Shown: piece by piece, positions 19,523 to 28,086 of the stretch
How positions within the stretch are numbered: the stretch's first letter is position 1
Layout: each line of letters begins with the position of its first letter
From: Myxococcota bacterium
Lineage (GTDB): Bacteria; Myxococcota_A; SURF-8
Direction: 5' to 3'
Assembly (NCBI GenBank): GCA_965140415.1
Contig: OZ223209.1
Span: 2,368,001-2,432,000, forward strand
DNA: 64,000 bases
Notes under the pieces: model-generated
Databases searched by the model: none
Seen by the model: the letters and a program-made list of their open reading frames with translations, nothing else
What the model was told of the DNA's origin: nothing
Made by a program: the position numbers and the translations under genes

Positions 19523-21304
19523 ATGGCCATGGACTTTCATCTCGAAGATGCTGCCTGGAACACAAAAATCCGAGTATTCGATGAGATGAAAGTGCCACGG
19601 ATGGCCAGATGCTATCTGTTGTTTGCGGTTATGCTGCTTCTGCTGCTATCTGCTTGTGGCGATGACGAGTCGCAGGATTGGCCGGATGGGGACTGGGAGT
19701 CTCCCGTTTCTCCTTCGGATTCCGATACGGTGGATGAGCCAATGCCGCCGCAGGGGGATACGGACATTATCCCCAGTGATGCAGATCCGATCGTAGATGG
19801 TGATTCAGAAACTGATCAGCTAGAGGATGGGGATGGTATTTCCGATGGCGATTCAGACTTGGAAATGGATGCCGATCCGCTTGAGGATAAGGATGGCATT
19901 TCCGATGGCGATCAGGATGAGGATGTTGAGTTGGTGCCGGATGGGGATGTGTACGAGCAAGCCGATGGTGACAGTGCTTTCCCGACTAGTTGTCATTTCA
20001 ATTACGACTTTCAGTATGACGAGGTGACCCGTTCGTTTCGTTCGCCCATTTCCGCTGAAAACGCGTTCAAAAAGACTGATCCCGGCATCGATCGAATCGC
20101 CCACGCCGAGCCGCCGCCAAAAGGAACGTATGCCGTGCCACTGGCGGGCAAAAGCAGCCGCTCGCTTGTATTTCCCGATTATACGGACGATATGCCTCCC
20201 TTTGAGAGAGGGCAACAGTGGAGTGGGGAGCGTTGCTATGAATATTCAGACAGAGCCTGGTACTTGAGCGAATCCGCCGCCTATGAGTTGTATGCCGGTA
20301 TCATCAAGGAAACCTTGTGGTACGAAATAGACCGAAGTGTGGATGTTCGAAGCGTCGTCGGGTTGCGTGGTGCTTATCCGGGCACTTTCAAGTGGCATGA
20401 GAACCTTCCAAACCGCTTTAATGATACTATCGTGCTGCTTTGGATCGATGCCGCAGGCCGAAAACATGTCCGCGAATTTCCGGTCAACACCGATACCGGA
20501 GCGTATAATTTTGGAACGGACAGCAGTTCCTCTTTGCGTGCCAATCGATTGTATGACTACGCCAACGGTTGGCATCGTGGTTACAATGCCTTGCAGATCC
20601 AGATGTGGAGCTATCCCGTTTGTGACGATACGAATCATAACGGTCATTGGGACAGTGACCGCAATGGCTGGTTGCCGCCATACTATGGCGAAGACCACGA
20701 GCGCGATGGCAGCGCCCATAATATCCATCTGGCCAGCGTCTATGCGCCGCTGGAAACGGCGGAAGTGAACAACTGGTCGGCGGGATGCCAGACGATTCCC
20801 GGAAGTGAGAACTGGCTTGAATTTATCACCAATGCCTGGACGGAAGAGGGCGCTCCGGTCGATTATTTTCTGATCGATGTGCGCGACATCGCTTCATCGG
20901 TTTGGACTGACTGTTCCGAGGATGATGGCAGCTACGATTGTCCCTACAAAATTCGCGAATTTCCATATCAGCACAACGGTGATACCTCATCCGCTATCGA
21001 AGATCGATTCGACGTGTACAATTGTTCCGACGCCGATGAAAGCGGACCGGAAGTCGTCTACGTGATGAATATTCGAGAACGGGGGACATTGTCTGCTTCT
21101 GTTAGTGTCAGTGACGAGGATCGCTTCGATCCGGATATTTACATCCTTGATGGCGCGGATTCAAATGCCTGCCGGGAGCGCAGCCATATTTCGCTGGACC
21201 ATGCAATTACGCCTGGACGCTACCTGCTGGTCGTTGATACCTGGGTGGATGAGAATGGACAGGAAAAAGCGGGTCCGTACCAACTGAATGTAAGCTTTCA
21301 ATAA
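19523..21304 (+). CDS. Lipoprotein with long DGD-rich linker, a putative L,D-transpeptidase-like domain and a C-terminal PPC-like domain (true start may be 19586 or 19601)
   Basis: Lipobox LSAC; HNIH...NWSAGCQ motif; GPEVVY, DPDIYIL and PGRYLLVVD...GPYQL. Confidence 0.65.
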   Translation: MAMDFHLEDAAWNTKIRVFDEMKVPRMARCYLLFAVMLLLLLSACGDDESQDWPDGDWESPVSPSDSDTVDEPMPPQGDTDIIPSDADPIVDGDSETDQLEDGDGISDGDSDLEMDADPLEDKDGISDGDQDEDVELVPDGDVYEQADGDSAFPTSCHFNYDFQYDEVTRSFRSPISAENAFKKTDPGIDRIAHAEPPPKGTYAVPLAGKSSRSLVFPDYTDDMPPFERGQQWSGERCYEYSDRAWYLSESAAYELYAGIIKETLWYEIDRSVDVRSVVGLRGAYPGTFKWHENLPNRFNDTIVLLWIDAAGRKHVREFPVNTDTGAYNFGTDSSSSLRANRLYDYANGWHRGYNALQIQMWSYPVCDDTNHNGHWDSDRNGWLPPYYGEDHERDGSAHNIHLASVYAPLETAEVNNWSAGCQTIPGSENWLEFITNAWTEEGAPVDYFLIDVRDIASSVWTDCSEDDGSYDCPYKIREFPYQHNGDTSSAIEDRFDVYNCSDADESGPEVVYVMNIRERGTLSASVSVSDEDRFDPDIYILDGADSNACRERSHISLDHAITPGRYLLVVDTWVDENGQEKAGPYQLNVSFQ

Positions 21305-21454
21305 ATTCCTTTCGAATCGTTTTTACCTGCTTTTAATCGAATTTGATCGTACATTCGTCCACATTTGATTGAATTTGACGAAAAATCGGATACAATCAAT
21401 GCATACATGATTGTAGTTGTCACAACATTCAGTCCATTTTAAGTGGGAGGCGAG

Positions 21455-22285
21455 ATGGCCAAGATCGTTGTGTATAAGGGGCGTGATGCTGCGCAGGAAG
21501 TTGGTCTTGAAAAAGAACATTACCTGATCGGTCGCCTGGAGCAAGCGGATATTCGACTGGATAATGTCATGGTTTCTCGCAAGCACGCCATGCTCGTTCG
21601 AGAACCGCAGGGGTGGACGATCCAGGATATTTCCGGGAAAAACGGGGTGTTTATCAATGGTAAGCAGACCGGACAAGGTATTCTTGCGGATAATGACCGC
21701 ATCGAAATCGGAAAATTTCTGCTGATATTTCAACAACAGGATCAATCCGTTGATGAACCGGCAAAAAAAGGCAGAATTTCCGGCAATAAACGTGAAGATA
21801 TTCTAAACGCCCTCGCTGCGTTAGCGGATGAGGATGAAACTTCCAAAGCGAAACCGAAGCCGGCACCGGAGCCTATTGTCACAAAAACGCCAACTCCGGT
21901 TCATTCTGCCGTGTCCGTAGATGCCACGATGCGGCTGGATGCAAACCAACTGAATGCCATTCGAAATGAAATGAGTTCCAAAAGACAGGCGCATCTGAAA
22001 GCGTTGACACCATTACGGCAAAGCGTCTACGTTCTTCAATCATCGGAAATCACAATCGGAAAATCCAACGACGCGACCATTCAACTTCCTTCCGGTTTAA
22101 CCGTCGGCAAAGTTCATGCGATGGTAAAAAAGTACGGCGACCACTGGTTTATTGAACATCTTTCCGGTTTTGCGGGGACGCGCGTTAACGGTGAAAAAAT
22201 TTCACAACCGAAACGACTTTCCGAAGGCGATAAAATCCAGATCGGTGACCATCTACTGCAACTCGTGTTGGATATGAAAGCCTAG
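21455..22285 (+). CDS. Protein with two FHA domains
   Basis: IGR...VSRKHA...GKNGVFING (canonical FHA); second degenerate copy IGK...VGKVHA...GTRVNG. Confidence 0.88.
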   Translation: MAKIVVYKGRDAAQEVGLEKEHYLIGRLEQADIRLDNVMVSRKHAMLVREPQGWTIQDISGKNGVFINGKQTGQGILADNDRIEIGKFLLIFQQQDQSVDEPAKKGRISGNKREDILNALAALADEDETSKAKPKPAPEPIVTKTPTPVHSAVSVDATMRLDANQLNAIRNEMSSKRQAHLKALTPLRQSVYVLQSSEITIGKSNDATIQLPSGLTVGKVHAMVKKYGDHWFIEHLSGFAGTRVNGEKISQPKRLSEGDKIQIGDHLLQLVLDMKA

Positions 22286-22432
22286 TTCGTACTTGAAACA
22301 ATGCATTAAAGGATGCTGGAAACTCGAAAAGGGTTGCTTCCGCCTTTCTTTCCGTTACAATACAAAACCATACAACCTATATAAATTAAATTGATCACCT
22401 TCCTTGGTGTAGCTTTTTAGAAGGGGAATGCA

Positions 22433-24001
22433 ATGAAATGGATCAATCTAAAAGTCGTACTTTCGATCTGTATCTTTTTCCTGGCAGTGGCCTGTGAGCA
22501 GGAAAGCGGCTTGCAGGGGGATGTGGATTTTCCATGGCCGCAGACCGATGGCGATGAGGAAGTCGTTTTAGGGATTTCCACCTGTAATCAGCTTGAATTC
22601 AATTTCATGCCGGAAGGAGAGGGGAAAGTCTCGGCTTGTGGAATTTCGTTGTATGGAGAGGGCACCCTTGTAAAGGCAGTCGCTTTTACAGAAGATACGC
22701 CGCCACAGTTCGTCATAACCAGCTACAAGGACGGTCAGGGAACGGAGTACTGGCCTTGGACTGAAGGGACTGAAATTCCATTAAACGATGGCGACTCTCA
22801 TACGCTATCGGTTCGTTATACATCCACGGGAAGTTGTCGAGTCGAGGGTGAAATCCAGATCACAACTGATTTGGAGCTTGTTAAGATTCCAATTGTCGCA
22901 GCGCCGGAAGCTGAGAGTAGCTTGTCTGTTACCCCTTCCTACATCGATTTCGGTGTTGTGTCTTTTAATGCTGCCGATCCTGAGAGCTCGACGAAGCAGG
23001 CGAGCCTTACGTTCAGTAATAGCGCCCAAGCTGGAGCAGGTTCGTTTACGATTTCGGCTCTGGCTTTGGATAGCGGCTCAAAAACACACTTTACATTCGA
23101 TTCCGCTTCTTCCTGCGCTGCGCCGTTCGAACTGGCTCCGGGCGACCAAAAGGAATGTGGTATCGAGTTCACCCCGACTGCGGCTGGGGAACACAATGGG
23201 TTGCTCGCATTAAGTACGGAAGGAGAGGCCTCTTCCTGTAACACCAAGGTTCATCTGTACGGTAATGCTTGCGTACCGGATTGCCAAGGTAAGGAATGTG
23301 GAGACGATGGCTGCGAAGGCAGTTGCGGCGGCTGTCCGGAAGGGGAGGTTTGTTACGAGTTTGCATGCTGTCAGCCAGATTGCGATGGTAAGGAATGTGG
23401 TGACGACGGCTGCGGCGGCAGTTGTGGAGATTGCCCCGATGGAAACTGGGAATGCGTCGATTTCGTTTGTGAATGTATTCCGTATTGCGAGAATCGGGAA
23501 TGTGGAGACGATGGCTGCGGTGGAAGCTGTGGTGGTTGTTATGGATCGCAGGTTTGTGTTGCCGGAAACTGTTGCGATTGCAAAAGTGGTAAGTGCTGCG
23601 ATGGCTGCAACATCAAAGAGAGCGGTTCGGTATGCGATCGTTCCGTGGAAGTGTCTTATTCCTGTAGCGGTGGTTGTGGCGGTGAAGCCTTGCGCAGAAC
23701 GGCGGATCGTGTGTGCACCGGCTATTCAACGGAATGCAATGGTCCCCTTGTGTATGATGAATGGGAGACCCGCGACAATTGCCGGGAAAGCGAACATTGC
23801 GAAACCGATTATGAAAGCTACGCCCGTTGCGAATTCATCTCCTATTGCTGCAATAACGAATGTTCCGAGTATGGTGACAGCACATGTGTGGGAATGACAC
23901 AATATAAAACCTGCACCAAAGATAGCCAGGGCTGCCTGGTTTGGAGCCGCACGATGGATTGTCCCGTCAATTCAAACTGTTATAGTGGTCAATGTCAATA
24001 A
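22433..24001 (+). CDS. Cys-rich lipoprotein with Ig-like (ASH/choice-of-anchor-D-like) domains and CxPxCxGKECGDDGCGGSCGxC repeats
   Basis: Lipobox AVAC; LSVTPSYIDFG, LAPGDQKEC.IEFTPT; three GDDGC repeats. Confidence 0.78.
   Translation: MKWINLKVVLSICIFFLAVACEQESGLQGDVDFPWPQTDGDEEVVLGISTCNQLEFNFMPEGEGKVSACGISLYGEGTLVKAVAFTEDTPPQFVITSYKDGQGTEYWPWTEGTEIPLNDGDSHTLSVRYTSTGSCRVEGEIQITTDLELVKIPIVAAPEAESSLSVTPSYIDFGVVSFNAADPESSTKQASLTFSNSAQAGAGSFTISALALDSGSKTHFTFDSASSCAAPFELAPGDQKECGIEFTPTAAGEHNGLLALSTEGEASSCNTKVHLYGNACVPDCQGKECGDDGCEGSCGGCPEGEVCYEFACCQPDCDGKECGDDGCGGSCGDCPDGNWECVDFVCECIPYCENRECGDDGCGGSCGGCYGSQVCVAGNCCDCKSGKCCDGCNIKESGSVCDRSVEVSYSCSGGCGGEALRRTADRVCTGYSTECNGPLVYDEWETRDNCRESEHCETDYESYARCEFISYCCNNECSEYGDSTCVGMTQYKTCTKDSQGCLVWSRTMDCPVNSNCYSGQCQ
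23270..23570 (+). repeat. Three coding tandem Cys-rich repeats (ECGDDGCxGSCGxC)
   Basis: Repeated GAATGTGGAGACGATGGCTGCG-like DNA at about 100-bp period. Confidence 0.8.
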
Positions 24002-24036
24002 AGACGATTCACTAGCCTATTAGAGTTAGGTGTTAC

Positions 24037-24164
24037 TCATTTCTGGCCATCGAGAACTCACGATGTGCCATGGTCTCACGGAATGGAAATTCCGGGAGGC
24101 CGTGTGTAACGTATTGAAGACACACAGCCTTCCACGATCTTCGATCGCGTAAGACTATGCCACA
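24037..24164. repeat. Intergenic long-hairpin repeat element, copy 2 (inverted relative to copy 1)
   Basis: Reverse complement matches 11901-12030. Confidence 0.85.
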
Positions 24165-24219
24165 CATTCTTCAAGTTAGTGGCTAAAAATGATTAAGAAC
24201 CGCTCTAAAACTCCAATAG

Positions 24220-24245
24220 AAAAGCGGCGGGCAAAGGCCCGCCGC
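24220..24245 (-). terminator. Intrinsic terminator of the 26849-24273 gene
   Basis: Minus strand reads GCGGCGGGC-CTTT-GCCCGCCGC-TTTT. Confidence 0.75.
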
Positions 24246-24272
24246 CGGGGAGAGGGGAACAAGGGGGAGAGT

Positions 24273-26849
24273 TTAGTTCCCGTACAAGGAAGAACAGGTG
24301 TCGGTGGCGTTGTACAAGTCCGCCGGGTCATCGCACCAGATCGAGCGAGGATTGGTGTCGCTATTGGGGTCGAATTTTCCCGTTCGCAATGTATAGAACG
24401 GGTTGGCGTAAGGATCGTTATCAAAATCGGGAGCTTCCATGTTGTCATCATCACCGCAGCGACAGAAATTCTGGCTGAAGGACTGGCAGGTTCCAGTGGA
24501 ACAATCCGCATCCGTGCTGCACGCATCGCCCAATACACAGTTGTAGGGGTTGCTGTCGGTACAGGTGCTACAGTACTTCTGGTCGTTCCAGGTGCGCGTG
24601 TCGCAGACGAAGTCATTGCCGAAGTACTGTTGACATTCACTGGTTTGTTCGCAGGTGGTCATCGTCCAGCCCGCACACAGCGGTTCAACTGTGATGTTGC
24701 CCGAGTTGTCGACTATGATGTCGGCCACTTTCCAGTACGTTGTAGTCTCGCTGAACTCATTGCTTATCTGCGTATTGTTGAACAGCAGGCCGTTGTTGTA
24801 AATATTCACGTACGCCTTGATCGTTTCGTTTGGCGAACTGCCTGTAATATCTTGAGGATCAGCGTACATGCGTGCAACGACGCGATAGCGCCCACTAGAA
24901 GGTTGCGAGATGGAGATGAGTTCAGGTCCCCAGCCATCTACGTCATCGATCTGGAGGAAGGGATCGTCGTTTGTGTCGTTCAAGTCGCAAACTTCCGCTT
25001 CCGTACAGAGCGATTGGTTGCTGTAGGCCTGGCATTCGGTGCTGCTTTCACAACCGATGTCACAAAAACCGATTCCGGTGTCGCAGGTGAAATCGGCTCC
25101 GAACTCGCCTTGGCAGTCCTGGTCCGAGGTGCAGGCGACTTCAAGGGTGTTGCGCGGCCCCCAAGAGGCTGTTGCCGTCATATAGTAACAGGTGTCGTTA
25201 TGGGCTTCAGTGGGGTGCTCGGTGCACATCAGTTGGTATTCACCTCTGAGTCCCAATCGCCCAAGAGAACAGTAGCCTTCCGCGCAATCCGAGTCGGTTT
25301 CACAGGGAATGTAGCTCAATTCGGTGTCAATCACGCATTCCTGGTTGCAGAGGTAGTAGGACTGGATCTGCTGGCATTCGTTGTCCGAATTGCATTGGTT
25401 GTTACAGGTGCTCGTGCCTGTATCGCAGGTCATCGTTCCGGGACAGTCGCTGTCCGACGTGCAGGACGGCATGGTGACAGTTCCGGATGGCTCGATGCGA
25501 TCAAAATAGGCCGACGCCATGCCGAAGGTGCCGTCGTCGCGGTAGCGCACCAGGAAAAGATCCAGATCGGTATCCTCGCCATGATCCCAGATCAATTCAA
25601 CGGACAAGTCTTCGAAAGGAAGGACTTCGAAACAGGATTCGACGTAATCGGTGCATTCCGTGCCCGTGCAATCCGGATCCGTAGTGTAGGGGACGCCGGC
25701 GCTGTCTTTGAGCCAGACACGGATGCAGTACTCGCCGGCCACGGGCAGGTAGGCCTTGGGATGGCAATCGTTTACCCATTGCCCTGCGATACCTGGGGTC
25801 TCATCATCCATACTGCTGGAAAACAGCATAATTTTGGGTTCTTGTATGGATGCAGGGATTCGACCCTCTACCCAGTCCCATTTGAAGGAAAACGGCTTGC
25901 GTTCGTCGCCAAGGGGGGAAGAGGAAGAGCAGGCGTCGAAATGGAGAATGTTCAATCCATGGAGGAGTTCGGACAGAGGTTGCTCCAACACAAGCTGCGG
26001 ACCGTTCAGCAGGGTCTCGGTGGCTTCGCTGCGGGTTGGGTCGCCGGTTCCTGTTTGATTCTGGGCGTCTTCCTCGTTGGAATCCACTTCGCCGTTGCCG
26101 TTCATATCGGAGTAAAGAGCAGCCGCGTCGATGATGGCGTCTTGGATATCTTCCAATACATCACTGTTGTTTTCACTGTCGATGCGCACGATATCATCGT
26201 CGGATACGGTCAATTGACTGATAATCTGTTCCGGGATAAGTTGATCCAAATCGAAAGCCAGAACCCATTCTTCCTCCTGATCCGGTTCCCATTTATAAGC
26301 GGAGCCTTCCGGAGGTGTGAAGCCGATACGGCCATTTAAGTGAGTTTGAATGATAATGGTTTTCCCATCCGGGGTCTGTCCTTGTGCGCGGAAGCCGGGA
26401 GCGCCAGCCGTATCGGTGGTCAGCCGGAAGTCAATGGCACAGAATTCCTGATTGGAAGGAACTTCCAATTGCAGTTTAGCCATGCTGCTTTTCAAGAAGG
26501 AAATGTTGATCTGGCCATCGCCATGACCCAGCACTTCGCCGTCTTTCAAATTGCAGGTGGCTTCGTCCGACATGAACACGTCTTTAATGTTCAATTGAAG
26601 GTTTTCCCAGGAGATGTCATTTGCGTTTTTAATGTCGGCTTTGATTGTTGAAAAGGAAACGGTAATGTTGGAAGGATTGCCCTCGCCGGTGCTGCCTCCT
26701 TTAAGGATAAAGACATCCGGTTCGGTGTTTTCCAAGTCGGCGAGATCGTCATCCCCTTGGAACTGAACATCACCGTTGTCGCCGCAGCTGACTGCAAACA
26801 GGAGCATCAGCATTGACAACAACACTACTAAACGCTGGTTACTCTTCAT
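24273..26849 (-). CDS. Large Cys-rich lipoprotein with a YfaP/DUF2135-like domain interrupted by CxxDxDC repeats
   Basis: Lipobox AVSC; ELIWD..TDLDLFL and IDDVDGWGPELISI motifs; many C-x-S/T-D-x-D/E-C units. Confidence 0.72.
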   Translation of the reverse strand: MKSNQRLVVLLSMLMLLFAVSCGDNGDVQFQGDDDLADLENTEPDVFILKGGSTGEGNPSNITVSFSTIKADIKNANDISWENLQLNIKDVFMSDEATCNLKDGEVLGHGDGQINISFLKSSMAKLQLEVPSNQEFCAIDFRLTTDTAGAPGFRAQGQTPDGKTIIIQTHLNGRIGFTPPEGSAYKWEPDQEEEWVLAFDLDQLIPEQIISQLTVSDDDIVRIDSENNSDVLEDIQDAIIDAAALYSDMNGNGEVDSNEEDAQNQTGTGDPTRSEATETLLNGPQLVLEQPLSELLHGLNILHFDACSSSSPLGDERKPFSFKWDWVEGRIPASIQEPKIMLFSSSMDDETPGIAGQWVNDCHPKAYLPVAGEYCIRVWLKDSAGVPYTTDPDCTGTECTDYVESCFEVLPFEDLSVELIWDHGEDTDLDLFLVRYRDDGTFGMASAYFDRIEPSGTVTMPSCTSDSDCPGTMTCDTGTSTCNNQCNSDNECQQIQSYYLCNQECVIDTELSYIPCETDSDCAEGYCSLGRLGLRGEYQLMCTEHPTEAHNDTCYYMTATASWGPRNTLEVACTSDQDCQGEFGADFTCDTGIGFCDIGCESSTECQAYSNQSLCTEAEVCDLNDTNDDPFLQIDDVDGWGPELISISQPSSGRYRVVARMYADPQDITGSSPNETIKAYVNIYNNGLLFNNTQISNEFSETTTYWKVADIIVDNSGNITVEPLCAGWTMTTCEQTSECQQYFGNDFVCDTRTWNDQKYCSTCTDSNPYNCVLGDACSTDADCSTGTCQSFSQNFCRCGDDDNMEAPDFDNDPYANPFYTLRTGKFDPNSDTNPRSIWCDDPADLYNATDTCSSLYGN

Positions 26850-27714
26850 GGGAAACCTCCTCTTTCATTCCATCCTTGACATCGGATGGTAGCTTCGTCA
26901 ATGGGAAAAGACCCATCACGAGTTGATACACTTGGTTTGATTCATTGTCTTCATCTACAATGCTGCGAACATCGGTGATGAATTCTTGGTAAAGATCCAC
27001 AATCTTCTCGTAGGAATTTTTGGAAATCGCCATGGTCAATCCACCGAGATACCGCTCATCGGCAGGTTGGGTTAAGGACTGTGCGGCCTGGCGAAAGGCA
27101 TTCTGATAGAACAACTTCAAGGCGGTCGAACGGAAGTCGTCTCCAGTGTGCTGATGCTTTTCTGCAACAGCCAATGAACCGTCCTGCTGCCGAAAAAGTA
27201 ATCCGATACGAAGCAATTTGTCGATAGCGTCCTGGATCTTCTTTTTAGAGACCTTTTTCGGCAGTCTTTTTTGAATCCAGTCCGGGTTCTCCTGGAAGTC
27301 TGCGAACGTGATCATTTCTCGCAGAGCCAGGGTTAGCGGATCGCTGAGATAGTCGAAACGATCCAGTTTAAGTTGATGAACTGCAAGGAAGCGGCGCCTC
27401 TTCCTAAGTTCTGCCAGTGCGTCCTGTTGCTCGGAAAGGCTCTTGGCTTGACCGAAACGGATCAGGACAAGAAAGAAACCGGTTTCCTGTTCGTTCAGCC
27501 CGAACACAATGGCCATTTGCTCCGCCAGTTCGGGGGACAGGTTCCGGGCGCCATCCGCGACCATTTTCAAATGGCTCTTGCTTGAAAGACCCATTTTATT
27601 GGACAGGTAGCGGAGGGAGTACTTCTTGTCCTGCTCTTTCATCTCGCCAAGGCGATCGCGCAGGAAGCATCTGAAGTCCGTGTAGTCGAATATGTTTAGT
27701 TTGCTCCGTTTCAT
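26839..27714 (-). CDS. TIGR02147/DUF4423-like family protein
   Basis: IFDYTDFRCFLRD...YSLRYLS...G.RNLS N-terminus and C-terminal VYQLVMGLFPLT match my recollection of the family; overlaps the downstream lipoprotein start. Confidence 0.8.
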   Translation of the reverse strand: MKRSKLNIFDYTDFRCFLRDRLGEMKEQDKKYSLRYLSNKMGLSSKSHLKMVADGARNLSPELAEQMAIVFGLNEQETGFFLVLIRFGQAKSLSEQQDALAELRKRRRFLAVHQLKLDRFDYLSDPLTLALREMITFADFQENPDWIQKRLPKKVSKKKIQDAIDKLLRIGLLFRQQDGSLAVAEKHQHTGDDFRSTALKLFYQNAFRQAAQSLTQPADERYLGGLTMAISKNSYEKIVDLYQEFITDVRSIVDEDNESNQVYQLVMGLFPLTKLPSDVKDGMKEEVSHEE

Positions 27715-28086
27715 GGCTTCAGTGTGGCAAAGCTTGGTTTGCAAGGCAAGCGAAAAACACTACCAAAGTCCACAAAACGTTCACGAGTAGTGAACGACAT
27801 ATGGATGTGTCATGTGAAAAACACTAAAAAAACAAGGAGATAGGAGTGTTATGAAAATTATTATAGAAACAGGGTCTAGAATATAGTGAACGTTAGGGGC
27901 GCGTTGATGTGACAACAATCGAGAGTTTTTTCCTGCTGAATGGGATCGGTGGAATCGATTCCTTGACGGAAATGGTGAGATAAAGCAGACTGATGCCATT
28001 AGTGCCCGTGAGTGTGAAGCGAAAAAGCGATTTGGAATTCCATATCGTTCCACAAATGGATTTATGGCTCAATGCAGGGAAGAAAA

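Noticed and set aside
24063-24152. 29-aa ORF (MCHG.TEWK.REAV...) inside both copies of the hairpin element, as a possible type I toxin
   Set aside because: Differences between the copies are non-synonymous, the peptide is not hydrophobic and there is no RBS
24189-26339. 716-aa plus-strand ORF
   Set aside because: Antisense shadow of the Cys-rich lipoprotein gene; no recognisable motifs, while the minus-strand gene has an RBS, lipobox and terminator
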